Shown: positions 49,471-61,639, numbered from the whole stretch's first letter. The stretch: DNA of 63,946 bases, filler included, from Octopus bimaculoides (GCF_001194135.2; 8 parts of 7 records of this genome joined end to end with filler, not necessarily neighbours in it), one strand, 5' to 3'. Numbers and translations: made by a program. The notes: generated from the letters alone by a model not told the origin.

Positions 49471-50189
49471 ACTCATCATTGCTGCCAACTGAGTGGCATG
49501 CCCAAGAATGTTCTTGGAAAGTTTGTAAAATGGTGAAAATAATTCTTGGAACTTCCCCAAGAAACAAACTGTTTAAAAAGAAAACTGCGAGAACCATTAG
49601 CACGGAAGTTCCTGTATGAGAGCCCTATCTGGCAGAAATAGCAGCGATATTGCTTTCGAATGACAATGCTGCGTTTAAAAAATAAGAATAAGAAGTTAGA
49701 GAAAGAGTCTGAGATAAATTACTGTATTTACTCGTGTATACGCCGCATTCGTGTATAAGCCGTACCCCCTGATTTAATGTGAAATTTTGGTACAATTTTT
49801 ACTCTTCATAGCTTTAGCTTTGCTCCGCGTAGAAGTCATATCCCAGATTTTAAAAAAATCAAATGTGAGGCCGTTCTTGATTGCCACTGGTAGCATATAG
49901 TCCGGTATAACCAGTTCCATGGTCGGGGCGGCGGTGACCAGGCGTGCCTTGAATGAATGAAAATTGTTGTAATCACGATAAGACCAAAATATGATCCCAT
50001 CAGAAGGGCGTGTAACCAAACGACCATACACAGCAGTAGTTCCCAACCCTTTTTTAAAAATTTCACCTGTGGGTCCCTTTGACTCCTGTTTTACGCTAAT
50101 GGACCCTAATAGCAATGTTTAAATAAAATCCTATTATATTTTACAATTAAATATCATTAAGAATTGTAATTAAAAAAAAGCGACAAGAC

Positions 50190-50459
50190 CGGGCAAGGTA
50201 GTTTTATGGAAGACCAGCAGTCGCCCATGCATACCAGCCTCCCCTCTCCATGCTACTGATGTTATTTGAGGGAAAAGCAAAGGGGCCGATACAGCTTGGC
50301 ACCAGTGATGTCACAACTCATTTCTACAGCTGAGTGAATTGGAACAACTTGAAAAAAAGTGTCTTGCTCAAGAACACAACACACAGCCCGGTCTGGGAAT
50401 CGAACTCGTAACCTCATGATTGTGAGCCCGATGCTCTAACCACTGAGCCATGCACCTCA
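50190..50459 (-). mobile_element. tRNA-derived CORE-like SINE, family C
   Basis: The reverse complement begins TGAGGTGCATGGCTCAGTGGTTAGAGC..GAGTTCGATTCCCAGACCGGG, followed by TTCTTGAGCAAGACAC. Confidence 0.8.
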
Positions 50460-50919
50460 TTAATTTTATTGCGCATGCATTTTAATAAATAAATCTTACA
50501 TGGACCCCGATTGAAAACCACTGAAATATAGCGACGCAGTATAGGGGCTTAAAGGTTCCGAGTTGGTTTCCAACTTTCTGTGAGAATACTGAGAGCGAAG
50601 TGCCTTTTAGAGTTTGTTAAGACATGTCTCTAGGAAAGGGGCACTACATCAGTTTAATTGGAAGGGAGTTTTCTGGGTTCGGGAGCCGGGGAAGGCGACC
50701 AGACTAGGTAAAGGACAACTACAAGAACTCTGGAGCAAGTGACCCTATTCGTTTTGAAGAAAAAAAAGAAGACTGCGCCGGTGAATAAGTTGTGTCTGAG
50801 GCCCTCGACCCTCACTAATATTCCTTCGTTCCTTCCTTCCTTCATTTTACTCCTTAATAAATACAACGGCAAAAATCAGAAAAATAATACGAAAATGTAA
50901 TAAAATAAGTTATTGAATA

Positions 50920-51295
50920 TTTCATGTGGAAAAGATATTGTGAAAATGTGGAAAAGATGTAGTGATAATGTGGGAAAATGCTGTTTAAATATGGAGAAAA
51001 AAAATATTACATAAATATGCTAAAATGTGGAGAAAAAAATTTTTTAAATGTGGAAAAGATGTTGCTAACACACAGAAGAGATAGTGTTAAATGGGGGGAA
51101 AATGCCGTTAAATGTGGAAGAAAATTTGTTTAAATGTGAAAAAAATATTTATAAAATGTGTGAAGGCTGTTGTTGAAATGAAAAGACTTTGCTAAAAAAA
51201 TGGAAAAGATGTTGAAAACAGGTAGAAAAGGTGTCAAATGTGGGAAAAAATGTTAAGATGTGGAAAAGACGCTCTTAAAAAGGGGATAAGACTCT
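50920..51295. repeat. Degenerate AATGTGGAAAA-motif minisatellite
   Basis: About a dozen AA(A)TGTGG(A/G)AAA variants at roughly 30-bp spacing. Confidence 0.65.
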
Positions 51296-51705
51296 GTAAA
51301 AAAAAACGGCAGTTAAATATATATAAGATATAAACAGTTATAAAATGGGGAAACAATTTCAAATACGCGACTAGCATTTACTGTAAAATATACAGAATGA
51401 TTACATGGTAGTTGTAAAGTTCATTTTTCACTTATTGGTTGAAGCGTCAAAGTTTTTGTCGCAACTCTGTGGCCTGGTCGCAGAAGTGCGACGAAAATTC
51501 GGACACCTCGCATGTAAAAAAAAAAAATTTTACTGTTTCTTAGTGAAGAAAATGGATTTTCCGGTTTCAGACACACGGTCACGGCTCAAGTGCTTTACTA
51601 CACGAGTACGACATCTAAAATAATCCCATGAGCTCCAGTATGGCCGTGCAACTCGTTTTGCAACCCTGTGGTTACATTATTGCATAATGTCATCCTGCGT
51701 GCATT

Positions 51706-51925
51706 ATTCTTTTACTTGTTTCAGTCACTTGACTGCGGCCATGCGGGAGCACCGCCTTGAAGGNNNNNNNNNNNNNNNNNNNNNNNNNNNNNNNNNNNNN
51801 NNNNNNNNNNNNTTATTTTTTTATAGCGTAGTACTTATTCTATCAGTCTCTTTTGCCGAACCGCTAAGTTGTAGGGACGTAAACTCACCAATAGTAGTTG
51901 TCAAGCGATGATGGGAGGGAGGGGG
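51706..51925 (-). mobile_element. SINE family A 3' half
   Basis: TCTTTTACTTGTTTCAGTCA..GCGGCCATGC..TTTTGCCGAACCGCTAAGTT. Confidence 0.85.
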
Positions 51926-52029
51926 GAACACACACACACACACACACACACATACAAGGCTGGATTGCACTGAATCACAGAAGTACCTGACCAGGATTGA
52001 CCTGGGGCTAAACAGCAAGGAAGGGTACA

Positions 52030-53102
52030 TTAAATATTGTAGTCTTAGGTACACTATGTATGATTAAAAGACAGATTGGTCACGGTTAGAGTGTCTTGGG
52101 TTGTAGCTGTGTGGCAAAAGGACTGACCTTATAACTATACATTTGGTGATGTAGTCCTAGATAAACTATGTCTGAATAAAAGACGAGATGGTCACGGCTG
52201 AGACATCTTTGGTCATTGGCCTGCAGCTTCAGAAGTGATATGAAGGTGAAAATAGGGGCAAGAAGGAGAGTCACATTGGAAGATGTACTCCTCGGTTCAC
52301 TATACCTGAATAAAGGACAACTTACTCATAAGTGAAGCAAATTTGATCGTAGGTTTGCAGGATGAAGAGTGACAGAGTTTAAAAAACAAAAATAAAACGA
52401 CAAAAAGGTGGGTCACATTAGATAATGTAGTCCTCGGTACACTGTGTTTGAATCAAAGGTAGGATGATCACGACTGGGGCGTCTTTGATTGTGTATCTGC
52501 TTCAGGTGACATAGGCGTAACAAAAGAAAAAAAAAAAGATCACATTAGATAATGAAAGTGTAGGAGTGGCTGTGTGGTAAGTAGCTTGCTTACCAACCAC
52601 ATGGTCTCGGGTTCAGTCCCACTGCGTGGCACTTTGGGCGAGTGTCTTCTACTATAGCCTCGGGCCGACCAATGCCTTGCGAGTGGATTTGGTGGACGGA
52701 AACTGGAAGAAGCCCGTCGTATATANNNNNNNNNNNNNNNNNNNNNNNNNNNNNNNNNNNNNNNNNNNNNNNNNNNNNNNNNNNNNNNNNNNNNNNNNNN
52801 NNNNNNNNNNNNNNNNNNNNNNNNNNNNNNNNNNNNNNNNNNNNNNNNNNNNNNNNNNNNNNNNNNNNNNNNNNNNNNNNNNNNNNNNNNNNNNNNNNNN
52901 NNNNNNNNNNNNNNNNNNNNNNNNNNNNNNNNNNNNNNNNNNNNNNNNNNNNNNNNNNNNNNNNNNNNNNNNNNNNNNNNNNNNNNNNNNNNNNNNNNNN
53001 NNNNNNNNNNNNNNNNNNNNNNNNNNNNNNNNNNNNNNNNNNNNNNNNNNNNNNNNNNNNNNNNNNNNNNNNNNNNNNNNNNNNNNNNNNNNNNNNNNNN
53101 NN

Positions 53103-53147
<45 letters not shown>

Positions 53148-53560
53148 ATGTTTGTGTGTCTGTGTTTTCCCCCCAACATTGCTTGACAACCGATGCTGGT
53201 GTGTTTATGTCCCCGTAACTTAGCGGTTCGGCAAAAAGAGACCGACAGAATAAGTACTAGGTTTACAAAGAATAAGTCCTGGGGTCGATTTGATTCGACT
53301 ATAAAGGCGGTGCTCCAGCATGGCCGCAGTCAAATGACTGAAACAAGTAAAAGAGTAAAAGAGTAAAGAGTAGTCCCTGGTACATTATGTTTGAATAAAA
53401 GACAGGATGGCCACAGTTGGAATATTCTTTGATCCATAGGTCTGCTGTATCAGCACAGATCCGGGGTTTAGCAACAACAAAAATAAGAATAATGAAAGGC
53501 ACATTAGATAAATGAAGTCCAAGATGCATTGTCACAGCTGAAATACGTCTGATCATGGGT
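52030..53560. repeat. Degenerate ~120-140-bp tandem array (about 6 units) interrupted by a SINE
   Basis: The unit CACATTAGATAATGTAGTCCTCGGTACACTATGTTTGAATAAAAGACAGGATGGTCAC recurs near 52035, 52148, 52272, 52412, 52540/53370 and 53498. Confidence 0.7.
52561..53370 (+). mobile_element. SINE family A, full-length (internal microsatellite in gap)
   Basis: Head and CORE at 52561-52720, N gap, tail at 53150-53370. Confidence 0.9.
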
Positions 53561-53734
53561 CGGCATGAGATGACTGGAGGTTAAATAACAACAACAACAA
53601 CAACAATATATGAAGGTGCATGATGTATCTAAGAGTAAAGAGACACGAGACAATGTCCATCGAGTCAGAAGAACTCACCATAATCACAACAACCACCACT
53701 ACTACTACTACTACTACTACAACATCTTTCCAAC

Positions 53735-53862
53735 CAGATGGTCCTGGATTCAATCCCACGGCGTGACACCTTGGGCAAGTATCTTCTTTTACAGCCTTGA
53801 GCCGACGACCAAAGCGTTGTGAGTGGAGCTGGTAGACGGAAACTGAAAGAAGCTCGCCGTAT
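53735..53862 (+). mobile_element. SINE family A B-box/CORE fragment
   Basis: GGATTCAATCCC..CCTTGGGCAAGT..GGTAGACGGAAACTGAAAGAAGC. Confidence 0.8.
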
Positions 53863-53991
53863 ATATATATATATATATANNNNNNNNNNNNNNNNNNNNN
53901 NNNNNNNNNNNNNNNNNNNNNNNTTAATTAATTAANNNNNNNNNNNNNNNNNNNNNNNNNNNNNNNNNNNNNNNNNNNNATCCCTCTCACC

Positions 53992-54059
53992 TCGATCAGC
54001 AGCACGAACGTATCCGGATTTCAGGGTTATTTCCCTTCGTCGGCGTTCGACAGCTGATG
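53992..54059 (-). ncRNA. Type I hammerhead ribozyme motif, U4C core variant
   Basis: Minus strand: ATCAGC-TGT-CGAACG-CCGACGA-AGGG AAATAA CCCT-GAAA-TCCGGAT-A-CGTTCG-TGCT-GCTGAT. Helix I is 6 bp, then an internal loop and 6 more bp. Helix II is 4 bp, helix III is AUCCGGAU, and the triplet is AUA. Predicted cut between 54011 and 54010. Confidence 0.75.
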
Positions 54060-55469
54060 ACCTTGGTGAGAGAGACAAAAACCTGGCAAACCTTATATCT
54101 TCTTTTCCAGTGAAATTCTTCACTGATATTGAAAAGGTGAAAACAAGCAATGTTAATTCTCTAAATGAAGTATTAACAGTAACTGCACGATAAAGTGTAG
54201 TATATTGCCACTTAAGTGTGGCTGACCCCTAGGGGTGGATGTTACTGTTGCTTTTAGCCCCAGGAGGACATCTCCTCCAGCTGGCTTATCGACACACGAC
54301 TGGTATGAATATATGTATGTATACATGAGTATGTGTGTGGGCTTGTGCATGTGTGTGCGAGTGTTTAGTAATTTGTTTTGGAGTGAAAACATTCTCTTAA
54401 ATGAATTCTCTATTTATATATTTGAATTAGTCAAAATATATAATTTTTTTCTTGTTTTATTCATGTAAGAGAATGCTGCGGGAAATGATTTATAGCCATA
54501 TAAACAAGTTCAAGAAATGATATGCTGAACAGAATTTATATTTAAGGTAATCCTATGATGTATTAAATATTTTTCGCAGTAACATTGAGTGATGAAAAAT
54601 CCAAACTTTAATAAATTTCATGTCAACTATACATGATATAGCCATATTTATACACATCTTGAAATTAATATTCTATTTAAGGAGAGGAGCCCTTCACTTT
54701 CATTATGCACGTAAGTGCTTTCTTTGTCAAAGGTAATGCATTTTCCTTACTTTTAATATATATTGCAACCGAAACGCTACGGCCATGCTGGAGCACCGAC
54801 AGAGTAATCACCATTTCAAGAGCAATTCTTATACGATTGGATTGTGGTGAAGGAGGGGGGGTGGGTCGACACGTCAACTATCTTTTGAGTTTCGTCCCTC
54901 CGATAGAGTTCAGCAGCAAGAGATCATATTTTCCCTCAAAATATCCACCTCTGCTCCATGAAGAACCGGCAGAAATGTGCGCACACATGCCATTCTTTAT
55001 AAAACAAAATTCCGTATCGTATTATTTGACGCTCCATTGCCACTATAAGATGTTACTCAGGCTCTCAGCGATGAGTTCATGGAACTATATACAAGGAACA
55101 GTCGTAAGCTGATCATAATGTAATCGTTCATAAGATAATCGTTTATTTCTTTGTCATCTCATTTTCATACATAAATGTGTATGTGTGTGCGTCTGTGTGT
55201 GCGTAAATGCAGACACACACCGGCACATATATATATGTATATAAATACATATGCATACATGTATATTTATAAGAGCGAAATATATGAAAGTAAGCACATA
55301 TATGTATATACGTCGTGATTATACATTTGTATGTGTCCATAAACGCGCATGTGCACAAAATTCTCTCTCCTTCTGCCTATATATCTACCTGCATGTATGT
55401 CTGTCTTCCTACTTATAAATATTCATACATATATCTATCTATCTATCGATCTATCTATCTATCTATCTA

Positions 55470-55514
<45 letters not shown>

Positions 55515-55671
55515 NNNNNNNNNNNNNNNNNNNNNNNNNNNNNNNNNNNNNNNNNNNNNNNNNNNNNNNNNNNNNNNNNNNNNNNNNNNNNNNNNNNNNN
55601 NNNNNNNNNNNNNNNNNNNNNNNNNNNNNNNNNNNNNNNNNNNNNNNNNNNNNNNNNNNNNNNNNNNNNNN

Positions 55672-55729
<58 letters not shown>

Positions 55730-57578
55730 TTAAGGATGAAGCCATGCTGTTTTACCAATGCTTATATTAGTCATTTTATCGCCAACTTTTTTATAACAGT
55801 TTCTTAGAAATTATGATTCACTATTGTTATCGCTTTATATACAAAAGTATAGTTACACGTTCTTATGTACATGTATACATATATACTAAAAGATATACAA
55901 CAATACATCTCTCTCTCTTTCTCTCTTTCTCTCTCTCACTTTCTCGATATATATATAAACGTATGTGAATATACAAGCATAAATACACATATATACATAT
56001 TGTATATATATATATACATACATATATATATATATGTGTGTGCAAAGTGAGAAAGACGGGGAAGGAGATACATAGGTATACTTATAGATATATGTATTTA
56101 TATCTATTTGTATATTTATATATGCACATAAATTCATACACCCGCATAGACACACGAACACATACACACACAGACATGCGCAGGCACACATATCAACACA
56201 CACACACACACACATTACTATAAAAACCAAAATATCAAATAAAATGCAGATACATTATTCATGCATGAATTCATGAATTCATGACAGAAAATCATTATTA
56301 TGTTGAACTTCTAGTTTTCTGGAATAATAAGCTAGAAAGAAACTGAAAAAAAGAAACATTATGAATTCTTTTATATACATAATAATATCAATGTAGTAAA
56401 ATAGCATTATAGAGGTTGAAGAAATCCATGCTGTTATTTTATACGTTTGCAGGCATATATATACACAGGCTGAAGCACAAAATATGAATATGTATGTCCA
56501 TATAGAGTGGATATCACATAGATATTTACACTTATCTTCTCATAAAATTCTGTATACAGGGGTGTGTGAGCATATAGATTTGCACGCACAGTGGCATATG
56601 TGTACTAACATATACGTGTGTATATATATATGTGTATGCCTGAATACCGAAACACACGCAAACAAACAAACACTCACACACACACACACACACACACACG
56701 CACATACACACTCACACACTCACACACACATACACACACACGTATATATATATATGAATAAACACACATTCAAACACTCAAAAGGCATGAATGTGTGTAA
56801 CGGGGTGAGTATNNNNNNNNNNNNNNNNNNNNNNNNNNNNNNNNNNNNNNNNNNNNNNNNNNNNNNNNNNNNNNNNNNNNNNNNNNNNNNNNNNNNNNNN
56901 NNNNNNNNNNNNNNNNNNNNNNNNNNNNNNNNNNNNNNNNNNNNNNNNNNNNNNNNNNNNNNNNNNNNNNNNNNNNNNNNNNNNNNNNNNNNNNNNNNNN
57001 NNNNNNNNNNNNNNNNNNNNNNNNNNNNNNNNNNNNNNNNNNNNNNNNNNNNNNNNNNNNNNNNNNNNNNNNNNNNNNNNNNNNNNNNNNNNNNNNNNNN
57101 NNNNNNNNNNNNNNNNNNNNNNNNNNNNNNNNNNNNNNNNNNNNNNNNNNNNNNNNNNNNNNNNNNNNNNNNNNNNNNNNNNNNNNNNNNNNNNNNNNNN
57201 NNNNNNNNNNNNNNNNNNNNNNNNNNNNNNNNNNNNNNNNNNNNNNNNNNNNNNNNNNNNNNNNNNNNNNNNNNNNNNNNNNNNNNNNNNNNNNNNNNNN
57301 NNNNNNNNNNNNNNNNNNNNNNNNNNNNNNNNNNNNNNNNNNNNNNNNNNNNNNNNNNNNNNNNNNNNNNNNNNNNNNNNNNNNNNNNNNNNNNNNNNNN
57401 NNNNNNNNNNNNNNNNNNNNNNNNNNNNNNNNNNNNNNNNNNNNNNNNNNNNNNNNNNNNNNNNNNNNNNNNNNNNNNNNNNNNNNNNNNNNNNNNNNNN
57501 NNNNNNNNNNNNNNNNNNNNNNNNNNNNNNNNNNNNNNNNNNNNNNNNNNNNNNNNNNNNNNNNNNNNNNNNNNNNNN

Positions 57579-57626
<48 letters not shown>

Positions 57627-59220
57627 GTGCGTGTGCGTGGGTGCGTGCGTGTGTGTTTGTATAGAAGTGTGTGCGTGAGCGTGTGTGCGTACTTATATAT
57701 TTATGCATATGCGTGTGTTAATGATTGTATTGCCGTGATGTGCCTAAGTGCAGTTATTCGTACAATGAGTCTGGATAGACCCCTCATTAACAAGTTTCTG
57801 CGTGACTTGTGTACAGAAGTAGTCATTGGCGATACTTTGTACACTTTGATTCAATACGAACTAAAAACAAACGAGCCTATAATCATACAGCAAATCATAT
57901 GTCTGTTGAAAGCCGTAAAAATAATCCATACTTACAATATCAAAGAATAGCAAGATGATTACAGATCTTATTTATCCCCATACATTCCAAATTGAATTCT
58001 TAGTCATATATCACAATTCTTTCGAAATCTTCGAAACAAATGTCCAAAATAATTATATTAAAAATTTAGGGGTAAAAATTGCGGGGTCTGATATGTTGTA
58101 GCTATTAAGGGACAACAACTACGTGACACTGTTTTCACTGAACAAATTTTAGTTATATTATATTATACTATATTATATGATAATATATTATATTATATTA
58201 TATTATATTACATTATATTATATTATATTATATTATATTATATTATATAATATTATATNNNNNNNNNNNNNNNNNNNNNNNNNNNNNNNNNNNNNNNNNN
58301 NNNNNNNNNNNNNNNNNNNNNNNNNNNNNNNNNNNNNNNNNNNNNNNNNNNNNNNNNNNNNNNNNNNNNNNNNNNNNNNNNNNNNNNNNNNNNNNNNNNN
58401 NNNNNNNNNNNNNNNNNNNNNNNNNNNNNNNNNNNNNNNNNNNNNNNNNNNNNNNNNNNNNNNNNNNNNNNNNNNNNNNNNNNNNNNNNNNNNNNNNNNN
58501 NNNNNNNNNNNNNNNNNNNNNNNNNNNNNNNNNNNNNNNNNNNNNNNNNNNNNNNNNNNNNNNNNNNNNNNNNNNNNNNNNNNNNNNNNNNNNNNNNNNN
58601 NNNNNNNNNNNNNNNNNNNNNNNNNNNNNNNNNNNNNNNNNNNNNNNNNNNNNNNNNNNNNNNNNNNNNNNNNNNNNNNNNNNNNNNNNNNNNNNNNNNN
58701 NNNNNNNNNNNNNNNNNNNNNNNNNNNNNNNNNNNNNNNNNNNNNNNNNNNNNNNNNNNNNNNNNNNNNNNNNNNNNNNNNNNNNNNNNNNNNNNNNNNN
58801 NNNNNNNNNNNNNNNNNNNNNNNNNNNNNNNNNNNNNNNNNNNNNNNNNNNNNNNNNNNNNNNNNNNNNNNNNNNNNNNNNNNNNNNNNNNNNNNNNNNN
58901 NNNNNNNNNNNNNNNNNNNNNNNNNNNNNNNNNNNNNNNNNNNNNNNNNNNNNNNNNNNNNNNNNNNNNNNNNNNNNNNNNNNNNNNNNNNNNNNNNNNN
59001 NNNNNNNNNNNNNNNNNNNNNNNNNNNNNNNNNNNNNNNNNNNNNNNNNNNNNNNNNNNNNNNNNNNNNNNNNNNNNNNNNNNNNNNNNNNNNNNNNNNN
59101 NNNNNNNNNNNNNNNNNNNNNNTATATATATATATATATATATATGAATATATAAATACATATGCGTATATATATATGCATATATATCCGTATACCCATA
59201 CATACACATACATATAAACG

Positions 59221-59385
59221 TTCTAAGTTCAAATTCCGCCGACGTCGACTTTGCCTTTCATCCTTTCGGGGTCGATTAAATAAGTACCAGTTACGCACTG
59301 GGGTCGATATAATCGACTTAATCCGTGTTTGTCTGTCCGTGTTTGTCCCCTCTGTGAGTAGCCCCTTGTGGGTAGTAAAGAAATA
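59221..59385 (+). mobile_element. SINE family D variant, 3' part
   Basis: AAGTTCAAATTCCGCCGACGTCGACTTTGCCTTTCATCCTTTCGGGGTCGATTAAATAAGTACCAG. Confidence 0.8.
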
Positions 59386-59480
59386 ACACATACATATAAA
59401 CACACGTACACACACATACACATACTTACACATACATACACAAACATATAAATATACATACATAAACACACACACACATA

Positions 59481-59533
<53 letters not shown>

Positions 59534-59543
59534 NNNNNNNNNN

Positions 59544-59578
<35 letters not shown>

Positions 59579-59763
59579 TACATATACATATATATATATA
59601 TATATATCCACATACAATTACACATATACACATATACCTACCTATACACAAATACACATATTTGCACATCCATACCCATATATACATAAATACAAATATA
59701 CACACACATACACATATACATATATATGCATATACGCCCATAAACACACAAATACTTACGCAT

Positions 59764-59818
<55 letters not shown>

Positions 59819-59918
59819 NNNNNNNNNNNNNNNNNNNNNNNNNNNNNNNNNNNNNNNNNNNNTTAATTAATTAANNNNNNNNNNNNNNNNNNNNNNNNNN
59901 NNNNNNNNNNNNNNNNNN

Positions 59919-60140
59919 ACCACCTCCTCTTCCGGTCTTTTCATCATGTAACCTCGTGGGCATCGGTACCATTTTCCTCTTTCTCCGTTCTTCCATTCTC
60001 CGAACTTTCCATCTTTCCGACGAAGGGCTACGCCCGAAACGTCATACACTCTCTCTTTCCTTTCCTGAGCGTCCAATAATACTATCCATATCACGTCCTC
60101 ACTTTGTTGTTTTTTTGTTTCTTTGTTATTGTGTTTTTGA
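59919..60140 (+). repeat. Penelope pseudo-LTR-like repeat with minimal hammerhead-like motif
   Basis: CCGACGAA-GGGC TAC GCCC-GAAACGTC (60017-60043), followed by TTCCTGAGCGTC..AATAC as in the 22.5- and 34.9-kb copies. Helix I pairing is poor. Confidence 0.5.
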
Positions 60141-60521
60141 ACTATGTATGTATGTATGTATGTATGTATGTATGTATGTATGTATACAGCTCCATGGAGA
60201 AACCGAAGTAAACATTCACACAGTATCTCAGGTAATTTCTTTTGGCGCGGCTCAGTTTTTCCTTCTCTCCTAGTGTGTGATTACTGCTGTTATTGTTTGT
60301 GAAAGACCAACGCTCTTAATATTTTATGTGCAATAATAAACCCTTTTGTTAATTGTTCGCGAATGCTATAACTTCTTCACGCGGCCCGAGATATATATTT
60401 TTTTTCATTCAGCAACTTAACAAGTCAACCACCTCAGACAAGAGGTTGCATTACCACCACAACATCTGCCAAGCGACATTGTATATATGTATATATGTAT
60501 GTATGTATGTATGTATGTAAG

Positions 60522-60555
<34 letters not shown>

Positions 60556-60584
60556 TGTATGTATGTATGTATGTATGTATGTAT

Positions 60585-60835
60585 GTGTATACCTGTCAAT
60601 ACCGTGTATGCCATAAGGTTTGCAAATCTAAAGGAAGCCTCAAAAGACATTTTAAGATTCACAAAGATCAGAACTTAAACGCAGTTCTTGGTGGTCTAAA
60701 AGCAGATATGCAATTTATGTGGGTGTCTTTTCAAAACATTGTCTGGTTTAAACAGCCTCATCAGACGCCATCATAGATCTAAAGTGTGAGTAAAAGAGGT
60801 GGTCAGACTCTGCATACGGAATAGGCAACAACTTA
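60585..60835 (+). pseudogene. Two degenerate C2H2 zinc fingers, probably the 3' end of a LINE
   Basis: CQYRVCHKVCKSKGSLKRHFKIH (C-x4-C-x12-H-x3-H), then after a frameshift CNLCGCLFKTLSGLNSLIRRH. No TGEKP linker. Flanked by (TATG)n. Confidence 0.55.
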
Positions 60836-61608
60836 TGTATGTATGTATATGTATGTATATGTATGTATATGTATGTATGTACGTATGTATGTATGTATGT
60901 ATGTATGTATGTATGTATGTATGTATGTATGTATGTTTTCTTTAACTCTTTAATTTATATTTTTTACCACCCACCTACTTGGTAACAACGTAGTAAATGG
61001 AAGCATTTTGTTTCGTTCATCATCCATTAAATCTTAAGAATATATCGGCTTATTTTTATTTTCTCGTGGTACGTGATGATTTGCAGCGCATGAATTAAGG
61101 AATCATATTCTATAAACAAGATTATGGTCCACTTCTACTTCGTTTTTACTTTATCTCTCGCTGTTCTGAAACCAGTAAAAATATACATGACTATCACCTG
61201 TGACATCCTGTCGTTTCGGACCTTTTCTTCAACTTCTCTGCTCTCATTACTGCTTTACTAAATACTCCACTCCACACAACCAACCAAACACAGACTCTTT
61301 GGTCGTTAAAATTACCAAAGATCTCATCTGTGGGAGGAATTGGCCACTTTTTCTGTTTTCCTATCTTTTTCTTTATATATTTTTAATTTTCATTATCGTT
61401 CATCTTCACGCAGTTAATTAACTATTCCTACTCTACAACAATATGATGGCTGTTCTTGTTGTTTTTCTTGTTATCGTCAATTTGGTGGTGGGGGTGGGGT
61501 TTACGTTATTTTTGTTGTTTAAGTTATAAGGAGTTATTTTCGGCTGCATTCCCCATATCCAATGTAGCTTTTCAGGCTAATTACAAAAGGCACAACTTTT
61601 TTTGGAGA

Positions 61609-61639
<31 letters not shown>

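Noticed and set aside
49774-50115. 113-aa minus-strand ORF
   Set aside because: It lies among DNA-transposon end fragments (pogo-like end near 49720, hAT-like end near 50033) and has no recognisable motif.
54054-54105. Plus-strand CTGATGA as another hammerhead
   Set aside because: No GAAA follows helix II. The bases are explained by the distal helix I of the minus-strand ribozyme.
57740-57950. Short ORF MSLDRPLINKFLRDLC...
   Set aside because: No recognisable domain or splice support, and the length is compatible with chance.
60495-60776. Functional C2H2 ZNF gene
   Set aside because: The upstream ORF is (TATG)n, the second finger is frameshifted with His replaced by Leu, and there is no TGEKP linker.
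61205-61240. Minus-strand TTGAAGA...CCGAAACGAC hammerhead-like string
   Set aside because: C3 and U16.1 are missing and helix II is too weak. At best a decayed relic.
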